Origin: Candidatus Heimdallarchaeum aukensis
GTDB lineage: Archaea > Asgardarchaeota > Heimdallarchaeia > Heimdallarchaeales > Heimdallarchaeaceae
Reading direction: 5' to 3'
Assembly: GCA_021513695.1 (NCBI GenBank)
Contig: CP084166.1
Location: 256,001-320,000 of the forward strand
Length of the DNA stretch: 64,000 nt
Shown: piece after piece, positions 17,401 to 27,100 of the stretch
Position numbering within the stretch: the first letter of the stretch is position 1
Layout of the letters: each line of letters begins with the position of its first letter
Translations under genes and position numbers: made by a program
The notes under the pieces: generated by a model
Databases searched by the model: none
What the model was told of the DNA's origin: nothing
The model's input: the letters and a program-made list of their open reading frames with translations, nothing else

Positions 17401-20400
17401 AATAGGTGTTAACATAAACTTCTATATTGATGGACTGTTGTTAAGTGAAATATCTACAGATTCAAATGGTTTTGGAAGCTATTATTGGACAATTGATTTA
17501 AGTTCTGGTAATTATTCCTTTAAAGCTGTGGTTTTAAATCAATCTATCTATATTTCTTCTTCTTGTATCCAGGAATTTGAAATAATAAAGGCTGACGTAT
17601 ATATTCAAAGTTCAGATTTGATTATGACCTGCAATGAAACAAAAACAATGGAATTTTATGTTTATTCTATTAATGGAGAGATAACAAATCTATCGTTAAA
17701 CATATCATTGTCTAACGGTTATTCAACAGTTTTAACCAGCAATAGCTCAGGTTATGCTGTTTGGAGTATTCCTATTCTCCCATCTGGTGTATACACAGTA
17801 AACGTTACCTTTAATGGAGATGATAAATATAATACGATATCTGTTAGCTATTCACTTGTTGTTAATAAGATTGAGACAAATGTTATTCTTTTTGCAGAAG
17901 ATAGTTTTTATTCTGAAAACTATAAGATCTGTGGATATGTTGAAAATTCAGAAGGACAAGGAATTGAGGGTATTGCTGTAAATCTATTAATTAATGAAAC
18001 ATTTACTCTTTCAACAACTACATTATCTGATGGAAGTTATTTATTCCTCGTTCTTCTACTTCCTGATTATTATAATATCGAGGTACAAATAGAAGGGAAT
18101 GATTATATTAATCCAAGTTCAAGAAGCACAAGTGTTTATATCTATAAACTTTCGTCTTCTTTGAACGGAAAAATTGAGTTTATAAATGACACAATGATAA
18201 TAACGGCTAATCTAACTAGTTCATCAGAACCTGTAGAAGGACAAATAATCTATTTCTATGTGAATAATTCACTAGTAGGGACTAATCTTACTGATGTATA
18301 TGGTCAAGCAAGAGTTGAATTGTTAAATATTACTCCTAGCTTATATTCTGTAAACATTGAGTATAAAGGTAATGAAATATATCAAGAATCTTCAACAAAT
18401 ATTCAAGCAGAGAAAGATAAAGAACAGACAGAAATCAAAGTTAGTGTTGAAGAAGGTGTTTATTCTCAATCTCCAACCAATATTTTTATTTCATTAAGTT
18501 CTAATGGAGAAGCTTTATCTAACCAATATATTAAGCTGAATTTTGATAACGATAGTTATTTAGCTTTAACCAATTCTTCAGGTGTAGCAGTTATTGCTTT
18601 AGATATAAACTACCTGCCTGGAAATTATAACGGAGAGATAGTCTATGAAGGAAGTGAAATATACTCATCAAATGCTGTTTCAGTGAATATAACTATTTAC
18701 AAGTCAAACTGTGTTTTCAGTTCTCTTGAAATTCAATACTTAGAAACTCTGACAATCCTAAATGGAAAAATAGAAGGTAAATATCCATTAGAAAATGAAA
18801 GCATATTCATTGAAATAAATGGGAGTAGTTACAATGTTCTTCAAACTGATGAAAATGGAGTTTTTTCTTCAGTTTTAATTTTAAATCCTGGTGAATATAC
18901 ATTAACTGCTATATTCTTAGGAAATGATTGCTATTTACCTGTAAATCAGTCAATTTACTTTTCTATCTCTAAAATAGCTTCAGGGTTGGAAATATATGAC
19001 TTTTCTAAAACTCTGGAATATGGAAAAGAAGAACTTGTAGAGTTCAAACTTTATTCATACAACAATGAATCAGGAATTGAAGGACAAATCTCTGTTATGA
19101 TTAATGGTTCATTAATAACTATTGTAGAAACAAGTAGCGATGGATTAGGTTCATTTCTACTTCCTAATGATTTATCAGTAGGGACTTATATTCTCCAGAT
19201 TTCTTTTGCTGGAGATGATCTATATTACTCTACTTCAGAATCAATAACAATCAAAGTGAAATATAAACTTGAAATTTCAATTACTGAATCAGACTTGAAG
19301 AACTATGGAATAGAAGCTTCTATCAGCGGTATTCTAAATATTCCTCTAGAAGGAATAAGTCTAACGCTAAATATTACTAACCTAAATTATTCAAATGTCG
19401 TAAAAACCAACAGCGATGGAGAATTCATTTTTGTTATTCCAAGCAATATTCCATCAGGAAATATGACAATTGTATTGTTTATTGAAAAAACTGAAACTAT
19501 TTTAGATACAAACTATTCGTTTGAGACAACAAGGGGTTATGGAGAATATTCTGTTTTATTTACTAACCTTGAATTTGATATAAATAGCACAGAGAGTATC
19601 ACTGGTAAAATATCTTATAATGGTGATTACAGTTCTTCAGGAAAGATATATATCAAAATAAACGATACTATTGTTCTTACACAGGAATTCAACGAACTAG
19701 GTGAATTTAACATAGCTCATTCAATATTTGATCTACTTCCTGGAGATTACAACATTAAATTCTATTTTGAGTTTGATAACGAGAATTTTAGAAGCCAAGA
19801 ATTGACAATTAAAATAGAAATATTAAAACTTGAATTAAATCTGGAAGTCACTACTAGCAGTTCTGAAATTCAAGTCTATGATGTTTTATCATTAAATATA
19901 AGCGCAAATTATCCATTAGATAAGGATAGAATAAAACTATTAGTTAACAATACTGAATATTCGAATAATGAGTTTGAAATTATAGAATATGAGAATTATC
20001 TTACCGCAAACATAGTAATTGAATTAGCAGGTAATATAAACATAACTGTGATATTTGAAGAAAATGACTTCTTTTATAGAAGCGAAAAAAGTTTAATTAT
20101 TCAAGTTCTTAAAAGAGATGTTGGCTTTGAATATAATCGAGATACATTTTATTACAATTCCAGCATTCCATTGATAATAGAACTTATTTCATTTAAGAAT
20201 GAGACAGATATTGAATTTACAGTTCTTCTGGGAGAAAGAGCCGAAACAGGAGTAAAGACAATAAGTTTCATACTCACTAATATTTTCATTGGAGACTATC
20301 AAGTGTATATGTTGTTTGAAGGAAATTCTTATTACAACTCTTTTAACTCTTCATTTGTTATCCATATTATTCCTCAACCAACAAAGATAGTTTTCAAAGA

Positions 20401-20791
20401 AAATAAATCAGATTATCTTCTAACATTACTTTTACTAGATTCAGAGAATAGAAGTATTTCTAATGCAGAAACAACGATATTCTTCTTAGATACTACTCAT
20501 CTGGTTTTAGAAAATCGTACTCTCTTCACTGATGCAAATGGTTATTTGTATTTAGATGTCAGTACATTTCCTGAAAAAACAACAATGATAAGGATTGTTT
20601 TTGATGGAGATGTGGTATATGAGGATACGATGATCGATATAGAAGTTGAAGATATTGTCAAAACTTATACCCAGAATGTAAAAATCCCGAAAATGAATAT
20701 GATACATATGCTAATCTCTATTCCTGTAAGCATTATAGGATTAATAGTATATTCAAAAAAAGACATTTTCAAGAATCTTAAAAAACATTAG
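14426..20791 (+). CDS. giant cell-surface protein (2121 aa): signal peptide, more than 15 tandem Ig-like/CarboxypepD_reg-like beta-sandwich domains, C-terminal TM anchor
   Basis: N-terminal MKKKLKFMLIMFLVLPLSLNHVLA signal. Recurrent domain-core motifs TDENGYAKT, TNDTGYGKITL, TNSQGYFSM, TDTEGCFYLSY, TNESGIAQLNI, TDSNGFGSYYW, TDVYGQARVEL, TNSSGVAVIAL, TDENGVFSSV, TNSDGEFIFVIP, TDANGYLYLDV, spaced about 90..110 aa apart. C-terminal hydrophobic helix MIHMLISIPVSIIGLIVY followed by KK. Confidence 0.7.
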   Translation: MKKKLKFMLIMFLVLPLSLNHVLAENVIELLNLQSRYPINYKSKDSDVISIKSTIGKDNELSIRKKENSVISSLNNEFVSPYSPKLSYGLYKTFTQISSVPESINKGENISVTSSTKFDLGTLYPVDQGTIYWYDLNCLEEDLGVSTSFVESSKIAISFNLTSPSNYMGVYFDISNLADLTGDVLNVYLTSDLENYSTDYLAKSELSFKYYNSQAGVSGFYAIYDSPTTTQVDNSLLAGETYFVVLEGDSSLRIETSLDSEEYDDNKVYVFSGGSWGLEQGIDAKIRIFSGQKITEKTISSSSNGETTITYQSSQSSFKYHTLVAFYYDTSGMYDLSSDSSDFKVIDSTIPEYISLNSPSIAEYTDYIELKAYVENYYHQELENQTVYFYYSEDNSSWIEIGSSISDSTGVAKINFLISKASGYYYFKAVTQNLETFNYTETTKEQVIIETPLVQTIYGNLSGSDTLETFSLKVQVHDNDNTPISGVMVFFYVEGKTFVYDITDENGYAKTHSYSVNWAVGYYNNKYWVNIDLDTNLYSFPDTQYGDIEVQKSNLQIYSLDNNTINVWINDSYFSFEVKDPENDSVANIEFESILYDPYFDEYVSLGYAFTNDTGYGKITLPAYFKEPGKYTLIIRISDPNYNVIEENLQLELYASSSIIECNLPSSIEYTYNSSLLIEGNVTDINGKPLANANITVKITDPSISSNWVLYIYTTETNSQGYFSMNLTLDVEVDQELVITIHVENYYGSNGEISYYATSSQEYNLLCVRRDAEILNVQDFITQNQETIIISGLLIDSGEPLSGKEIRIIIQEENYYIITDTEGCFYLSYQVNFGTNVNFTVVFGSDNHYNVVNLTRTIFSSPISLNIEIEDVICNPNTLIYLSSYVYSDLGTTPENVQVEFYWYDEQWILLGIVFTNESGIAQLNITSPDKVGEFSWKAIVVQTEDWLESSSNLKLFQIGYHTSISMEAPIQGQYGNEIRINFTVTDQFGQPIGVNINFYIDGLLLSEISTDSNGFGSYYWTIDLSSGNYSFKAVVLNQSIYISSSCIQEFEIIKADVYIQSSDLIMTCNETKTMEFYVYSINGEITNLSLNISLSNGYSTVLTSNSSGYAVWSIPILPSGVYTVNVTFNGDDKYNTISVSYSLVVNKIETNVILFAEDSFYSENYKICGYVENSEGQGIEGIAVNLLINETFTLSTTTLSDGSYLFLVLLLPDYYNIEVQIEGNDYINPSSRSTSVYIYKLSSSLNGKIEFINDTMIITANLTSSSEPVEGQIIYFYVNNSLVGTNLTDVYGQARVELLNITPSLYSVNIEYKGNEIYQESSTNIQAEKDKEQTEIKVSVEEGVYSQSPTNIFISLSSNGEALSNQYIKLNFDNDSYLALTNSSGVAVIALDINYLPGNYNGEIVYEGSEIYSSNAVSVNITIYKSNCVFSSLEIQYLETLTILNGKIEGKYPLENESIFIEINGSSYNVLQTDENGVFSSVLILNPGEYTLTAIFLGNDCYLPVNQSIYFSISKIASGLEIYDFSKTLEYGKEELVEFKLYSYNNESGIEGQISVMINGSLITIVETSSDGLGSFLLPNDLSVGTYILQISFAGDDLYYSTSESITIKVKYKLEISITESDLKNYGIEASISGILNIPLEGISLTLNITNLNYSNVVKTNSDGEFIFVIPSNIPSGNMTIVLFIEKTETILDTNYSFETTRGYGEYSVLFTNLEFDINSTESITGKISYNGDYSSSGKIYIKINDTIVLTQEFNELGEFNIAHSIFDLLPGDYNIKFYFEFDNENFRSQELTIKIEILKLELNLEVTTSSSEIQVYDVLSLNISANYPLDKDRIKLLVNNTEYSNNEFEIIEYENYLTANIVIELAGNINITVIFEENDFFYRSEKSLIIQVLKRDVGFEYNRDTFYYNSSIPLIIELISFKNETDIEFTVLLGERAETGVKTISFILTNIFIGDYQVYMLFEGNSYYNSFNSSFVIHIIPQPTKIVFKENKSDYLLTLLLLDSENRSISNAETTIFFLDTTHLVLENRTLFTDANGYLYLDVSTFPEKTTMIRIVFDGDVVYEDTMIDIEVEDIVKTYTQNVKIPKMNMIHMLISIPVSIIGLIVYSKKDIFKNLKKH

Positions 20792-20848
20792 ACCATTTTT
20801 TCTTTCTTTATAAATAAATTACAAAATAATCCTAGTAAGGTTGAATCT

Positions 20849-22264
20849 ATGAACAACAAAGAGAAAAATCAAAAACTATCCTTTTTAAAAAATCAATATA
20901 GTAGACTACTCGATAAATTATCAAAGTCAATTGTAGTAAAAATCAGAGAACAAGGAAAACTCCCTTTCTTTTTAGTAGTTTTAATTTGGATAGTTTTCTG
21001 GGGAAGCTCCTTTTACTTTATTACAGTCTTTATGCCTGTTAATTTGTTGTGGTTAAGAGTATTCTTACCTGTATTTATTTCTCTTATTGTTGTTAATGCT
21101 TCAACAGAATTAGGAAAAAAGGTAGTGGGTTATCATAATGAAAAAGAAGAGAAAGTTGAGAAAGAAAGTTCTTCTTCTCTCTTAAGTGAAGAAAAGGACA
21201 TTTCTACAAAAGAAGGTTATTCTTTGAAATCAACTTTCATTCTTCGTGATAAGAAAGGGAAAAAAATTTTTCTTATTAATAAAGGCAAAATTATTCCTGT
21301 TTTTTTGGTTAGCATATTGAGTACAGGAAACAAAGAAAAAGGATACACATTTTCTTCTTTGTTGAATTATCCTTTAAGAAATGAAATGAAAGAAATAGAA
21401 TTTTCAGTTTTAGACACAGATAAAGGAGAATATTTGCTTTTTCTAGGAAAAGAATACAAAACTAAAAACAAAAATTATACAGAATTATTAAAGGAAAATG
21501 AACAGTTTTTCTCAAAAATAGAGATTATAGTTGCTGAATTAAAGAGAGACAATAATTTAGAATTAGAAGCTGTTGAAGATTCAATACTTAATGAGCTTTT
21601 TCCTCTTTATTCTGAAGTATTATGTTGTAAAAATGAAGACACTAACAAAAAGGAACAAAAAATAGAAGAAAAAAATCATCTACAGTTAAAGAGTGAAAAT
21701 AATAATCTAAATAATGCAAATAATGGAAAAGAATATAATCAAAATGGTGAGAGCAGTAATAGATTCAGACCTTTTTCAGTTAAAACTGAACTTACACCAT
21801 ACCAATTAACGAAGGTTGCAGAAAAAAAAGAACTACTATTATCTGAACTCACTTATTCTTTTGATAATTTCATTGATATGTCTAAAGTATTTTATAAAAA
21901 AGCTCTTGAACATCAATTGAACGCAAAGTTTCCTATCTCCGAGGATAATTTTCTTAAACTTATACAACTCTTTGTAGAAAAGAATAAGTATGAATTCTTT
22001 TATCCAAGTTTCTTTAAACTAGAGAAGTATGAATCTTTCAAAGTCTTTGAAACTCCTAGTTCAGAAGAGATAGAAGAGTTTTCTGAAGAACTAGTAAAAG
22101 AATGTATGTTTACTAATTTAGATACTGAAGTAAAGAAAGAGTTGCATTCCTTCCTTACTCAAAAAATCAAAAATAGGAAGCATAGGCAAGAAGTAAAACC
22201 TGTAGGAATTAAAGTATCTTCTACAATTCCTAGGCCATCAGTAAAATCTTTATCAGAATCTTGA
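20849..22264 (+). CDS. membrane-anchored hypothetical protein
   Basis: 471 aa. Two N-terminal TM helices (LPFFLVVLIWIVFWGSSFYFITVF; LRVFLPVFISLIVV), then a long charged/low-complexity domain. Confidence 0.4.
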   Translation: MNNKEKNQKLSFLKNQYSRLLDKLSKSIVVKIREQGKLPFFLVVLIWIVFWGSSFYFITVFMPVNLLWLRVFLPVFISLIVVNASTELGKKVVGYHNEKEEKVEKESSSSLLSEEKDISTKEGYSLKSTFILRDKKGKKIFLINKGKIIPVFLVSILSTGNKEKGYTFSSLLNYPLRNEMKEIEFSVLDTDKGEYLLFLGKEYKTKNKNYTELLKENEQFFSKIEIIVAELKRDNNLELEAVEDSILNELFPLYSEVLCCKNEDTNKKEQKIEEKNHLQLKSENNNLNNANNGKEYNQNGESSNRFRPFSVKTELTPYQLTKVAEKKELLLSELTYSFDNFIDMSKVFYKKALEHQLNAKFPISEDNFLKLIQLFVEKNKYEFFYPSFFKLEKYESFKVFETPSSEEIEEFSEELVKECMFTNLDTEVKKELHSFLTQKIKNRKHRQEVKPVGIKVSSTIPRPSVKSLSES

Positions 22265-22273
22265 GGAGATTGA

Positions 22274-22909
22274 ATGATTGAAATAGTTTTTTTGAATTTC
22301 TTGAATCTCTTTGTTAAAATATGGCTATCAGCTCTTTTAATTAATATTCTACTTTCCACTCTCTTAAAACCAATTTATAAACATCTGTTGGCAATAGGCT
22401 TGGTTTTCAATTTACCAATTAAGCGACTATTTTATTGGATCTATAGAGTACCCATTGAGAATATAGATTGGGAAAACGGTCTAATTAGAACAAAGAAAGT
22501 GAATAATATGGATTGTCTAGCAACTACAGTTGTGATCATGCCTGTATTTATTTTAAGCTACTTATCTAGTTGGTTATTCTATTTTGCAGGTAAAATCTAT
22601 CCCTATGGTTACAAGTTCTTTGGAATTGTTCTTTATATTGTCGCTTCGTTAAGTCTAGCTTTCAGTATTCCTAACTTTGAGGAATTGAAATTGTTTAATA
22701 ACATTAATCTTCATTCCTCTTTGGTCTATTTACTAAAATGGGTATTTGTAGTTATAGTTGTCTTTTCAATAGTTGAGTTTACTTCTATCTCTCTTGATGT
22801 ATTAACTACAGTGATATTAGTTCTTTTAGCTACTCCATTTTATAGTTATAAAGAAGATGAAGAAAATGTAGAGAATATTAAGAAAATTATTGGTGATCCA
22901 TTTGCATAA
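22274..22909 (+). CDS. integral membrane protein
   Basis: 211 aa, about 5 hydrophobic helices. Overlaps the next gene start by 20 nt. Confidence 0.4.
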   Translation: MIEIVFLNFLNLFVKIWLSALLINILLSTLLKPIYKHLLAIGLVFNLPIKRLFYWIYRVPIENIDWENGLIRTKKVNNMDCLATTVVIMPVFILSYLSSWLFYFAGKIYPYGYKFFGIVLYIVASLSLAFSIPNFEELKLFNNINLHSSLVYLLKWVFVVIVVFSIVEFTSISLDVLTTVILVLLATPFYSYKEDEENVENIKKIIGDPFA

Positions 22910-23525
22910 ATGGACTCTTTCCAAAAATGAGCGAATGATACATCTTTATGGTCCCCCAGCAAGTGGTAAGACTACTTTAGCAATTCAATTATCTAGAAAA
23001 GTCTTTCCTCGCTCAACAATTTATTTCATTACTTCGCATAGAAACGCAATTACAAAAAGAGCAAAACAGATACTAAACAAGAATTATCTTAAAGAATTTT
23101 ATTTAATTAAAGTTTCTAGTTTAGATGATTTATTTGAAAAAATTCAATCTATTAATAGCTTAGGAAAAACAATAGGATTGATTGTAATAGATTATATCTC
23201 TGATTTTGTTAGAGGGAAGCTATACAAGGAAGAAGTAAAAAACAAGGTAAGGAAGATATTAGAAAAACTTTTTATTTTCTCCTCACAAAAAGATTGTTTA
23301 GTTGTGATAGTCAATAGTTTTTCAATAAAAAATGAAGCTCCTTTGAATTCTTTAGTTGAAAGTTTTTGTGACATGTCAGTTTATTTGTCGATTAAAGATG
23401 ACAAATACAATTTGGAATCAAATGGTAAAAATATAAAAAGAACTTTTGTAGTCGATGAAAAAATTATTTCCAGCTTCGTTATTGATGAAAAAGGAATTAA
23501 AGATTTAATTATTGTGTCTGAATAA
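22890..23525 (+). CDS. radB: RadB-like short RecA-superfamily ATPase (archaeal RadA paralog)
   Basis: About 200 aa with no N-terminal HhH domain. HLYGPPASGKTTLAIQL Walker A matches RadB-type (GPyASGKTTLALQ). GLIVIDYISDFVR Walker B region. CLVVIVNSFS strand. ORF-track start is a TTG; an in-frame ATG lies at 22935. Confidence 0.65.
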   Translation: MVIHLHKWTLSKNERMIHLYGPPASGKTTLAIQLSRKVFPRSTIYFITSHRNAITKRAKQILNKNYLKEFYLIKVSSLDDLFEKIQSINSLGKTIGLIVIDYISDFVRGKLYKEEVKNKVRKILEKLFIFSSQKDCLVVIVNSFSIKNEAPLNSLVESFCDMSVYLSIKDDKYNLESNGKNIKRTFVVDEKIISSFVIDEKGIKDLIIVSE

Positions 23526-23585
23526 ATTTTTTTCCTTTAAATAGTATTCTTTAGATTAACTAATAAAAAAGGAAGTCAATGGTTA

Positions 23586-24056
23586 ATGTATTCAGAGCAA
23601 GAAGTGATAAGAAAAATAACAGAAACTTGGAAATTTGAAAATAAAGTATGCGTGAAAGAACTACAAATTCCTTTAGTAGGCAAAAATATCAATTATCCTT
23701 TTTTAGAAAATAGAAAAAGCATTCGTATAGATCTTGCTTGCTATGATATTGTATCTGATAAAATTATTTTTGTTGAAGCAGAAAATGGTCTGTGGCTTCC
23801 TCATCCCCAAATTTATAGACCTTTTTGTGATATGTTATATGTTGCTACTCCCTATGATGATAGTTACTATAGAGAAAAGCAACTTGAGTGGGCAAAAAAT
23901 GAAGGAATAGGAGTAATTGAAGTTCTTTATGATGGTTACATTATAGAAACATTAAAACCTGTAGTTTTTCCTGATTCGATGGATATCTCTTTAAGAGAAG
24001 AAGTTCTAGCACATTTTGTTAAGAAACTCAAAAAAAACGAAAAAATAGCTGATTGA
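23586..24056 (+). CDS. hypothetical protein, possible PD-(D/E)xK (restriction-endonuclease-fold, Hjc-like) nuclease
   Basis: 156 aa. IRIDLACYDIVSDKIIFVEAENG resembles the D...(E/D)xK core strands of Hjc (vDLvA....IEVK), but the lysine position is not conserved. Weak. Confidence 0.3.
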   Translation: MYSEQEVIRKITETWKFENKVCVKELQIPLVGKNINYPFLENRKSIRIDLACYDIVSDKIIFVEAENGLWLPHPQIYRPFCDMLYVATPYDDSYYREKQLEWAKNEGIGVIEVLYDGYIIETLKPVVFPDSMDISLREEVLAHFVKKLKKNEKIAD

Positions 24057-24113
24057 TTTTTTATTACTAATTTTTTCTCTCTTTTAAAAACAATTTTATT
24101 TATAATTTAGCTG

Positions 24114-27100
24114 ATGAAAGGAACTGCTATTGCCACATCAAAATTTCAAGGTAAGAATCAAGCTATTTATTCAATAAAAAAAGATGATAAAATTACTTTA
24201 TACTGTGCGTTCATTATTAGACCAAAAAAGAAAGAAGTTGAGAAAAAAGGAGATTATGAAAAAAAAACTACTATTTTTGTAACAGATACTAAAAGTCTTT
24301 TTTTGCCTTTGAATATTGATTCAAGTCTAAAAATTATGCTTCACCGCTTTATTTTACCAGCTAAACTCAGAAAAATAACAAAAGAAAAAAATAAAGGAAT
24401 AGAAATCTCTAGAAAAAAAGAAGAGAGTGAAGAAATCAATGTATTTTTAACTTATTATATCTTTAAAATCTCAAAAACTTATGATCTTACCGTAAATTTA
24501 CTTTCAATGAATACATTGTTAGAAGATTTTGCAGAAACTGTTAGATCTAATTTAAAAGAGTTGTTCTTATCTTTAGGAGCAGTAGGAAGAATAACAGGAG
24601 AATTATTAGAAAAAATCGTTTGTTTGAATGTTACAGATAAATCGTCTATTATCAATAACAACTCTAAAGAATTTTTAACAGAGCTTGCAAAAGAGTTTGT
24701 TGTAATAGAAAAAAGTACAGAAATCCAATCAATTTTCCTCCCTGGTCCTTCCGTAGATTTAAGAACTTCGAGTGTATTTTTTACTCCTTCAAGAATAGAA
24801 TCTGCTTTTCCTTTAGGGAAGACGGAAGAAGGTTTTCTTGTAGGCTTTCCTCCCTCTTTCTCTTACCCCATACTTTTGTGTGGAGATAAGAAAATAAGAA
24901 AAATTTTACTCTCCAAAATTTTAGAAAATTCATCTGCTAAATTTATTGTTTTAGGAGAGATAAATGGAAAAATAAGAAAAAAGAATGTAAAGTTAAGTTT
25001 AGGAGAGAATTTTACATTTAATATCTTATCTCCTATGTTTATGCGAAAAGTACTGTCAGAGAGAGATTATTGGCGTTATCTGAGTGATTTTCTACTCATA
25101 GTTAAAGAAGTAACCGAAGTTAGAAATGAAAATCTTTTACAAATTCCTGAAATAATTAAATTTTATATCCAAGAATATGAACAAAGTGAAGATAACCTCT
25201 TTACTCCTTTTGATTATAGTTCTGTAACTATTGACGATATTTATACAATGCTTACATCTGAACCTGGAGGATTAATAATTTCAGATTATCAATTAGCTGC
25301 TTTACGTTCTGTTTTTACTGATATTAGCGATAATTCAGTTAGCACGGTAACTAATATTAATGGAAAACATGGAATTGAAGCATTAATTGACCAGAACCAT
25401 ATAATTGACTTCAGTAAACATTCAATAAAAGTTAGAAAAATATTCGTTTATTCGTTATTGCTTCAACTTTATTTATATTTTCAAACAGATTTAATTTCTA
25501 AACCAGTAATAGTAGTAATCGACAATGCAGAATTATTCTTTTCAACTGAAGTTGAAAGAACTTTTATTTCAAAACTACTCACACTATTTGAATCTCTACC
25601 TGTAAATATTATCCTTTCAACAAGTTTTCCTTCTCATCTAGCTCTTACTGCTTTTGATTTAACAAATAATAGAATTATAGCTAATCTTCGCTCTGCTAAG
25701 TGTGCAAAATTAATTGCTGATTCACATAATTTATTAAAAGAACAGAAAGAAATGCTTCTTCGCCTTCCACAAAATTCCTTTCTTATCCTCCGGGAAGATT
25801 TTTTTGAGAAACCCTTTCTTGCTTACTTACAAAGAGAAGATCTAAATTTGTTTTCTAATTCCAGACGATTCAATCTTGAAAAATTGGATTCATTAGTAGA
25901 TATTGGAAACACTAGTGCAATTTTAGAAGATGAAAATAGAGTAATTGAACCTATTTTTGATGAAGAAGATCTTCTTCCTATTATGATTGATATTTTAAGA
26001 AAACTTGATTCTAAAGCTCAAAGGGGAATCAACTCTGAATCATTGGTTAATCTCTTTCCTGACTATCCTGCAATTGAAGTTAAGAATGCTGTAAAATTAT
26101 TAGAGTTAAGAGGATTGATTTTTCGTGAGACAGTTGATAAAGAAGGAAGAAAAGGTGAATTTTGGACAAAAATAAGTCCTTTAGGCAAGAAAATGTTATC
26201 TAGATTCGAGATTCAATCCATAGCAAAGAATGATAAAATTGACAAAGTTGAACGAAAAGAAGAGGAGATAACTATTTTAAAAAATGAACAAAGTCATAAT
26301 GAAAAAATATCTAACAAAAAGCAAAACAATGGAAAAAAAGATTCTTTAGAACAATCAGAAGTTATTAACCATTTAGAGAAGGTACAAAACAATTTAAAAA
26401 ATAGTAGGAATCCTGTTGATGCTTTTTTGGATTCAATAATGAAAGTTGAAAAAAAAGCCATACAAATATTCTCAAGAAAAGGTAAAAAGATAGGTAAAAT
26501 TTCAGATTTTTACATTTTGTTACATGACTTTATCCAAAAGGCAAAAGCTGTAGATTTCAATATTCAATCAGAGCTAAAAGAGTTTGAGCAGTACTTAAAC
26601 TCACTTTATGATGTTTTAGAAGATAGTGAATCCCTTGAACAAATGTCAGATGAAATATTAGAAAGAGTAATGAGAAAAGGATTAAATCTCTTAGATCAGA
26701 TACATGTTAAATGTTCTTTTGATAAGATCGAAAGAAACTCCAGTAATCTTCCAGAACTTCTTGAAAAAGAATTAAATTCTGATAAATGGGAAAACATTGA
26801 AACTAAATTTGATGATGAAGTAGTGAGTGATATTAAGCATAATATAAAGAATGACATACAATCAATGTTCTTAACTGATTCTGAAAAACAAGTTTTTCAG
26901 GTACTTAATCATGCATTAGAAGCTCCTAAAGACAGTTTTATTGATTATGCTAGAAAAGCTATAGCAAGACTAATGAAAATAAAAATGCAGTTTTACCCTA
27001 ATCTCGATGATAAAGAGTTTATTATTATTTTTGTAAGATTCTTTGAAAAAAATCAATTACCAATACCGTTTAATGAATCGATTCTGATGGTTGATGAACT

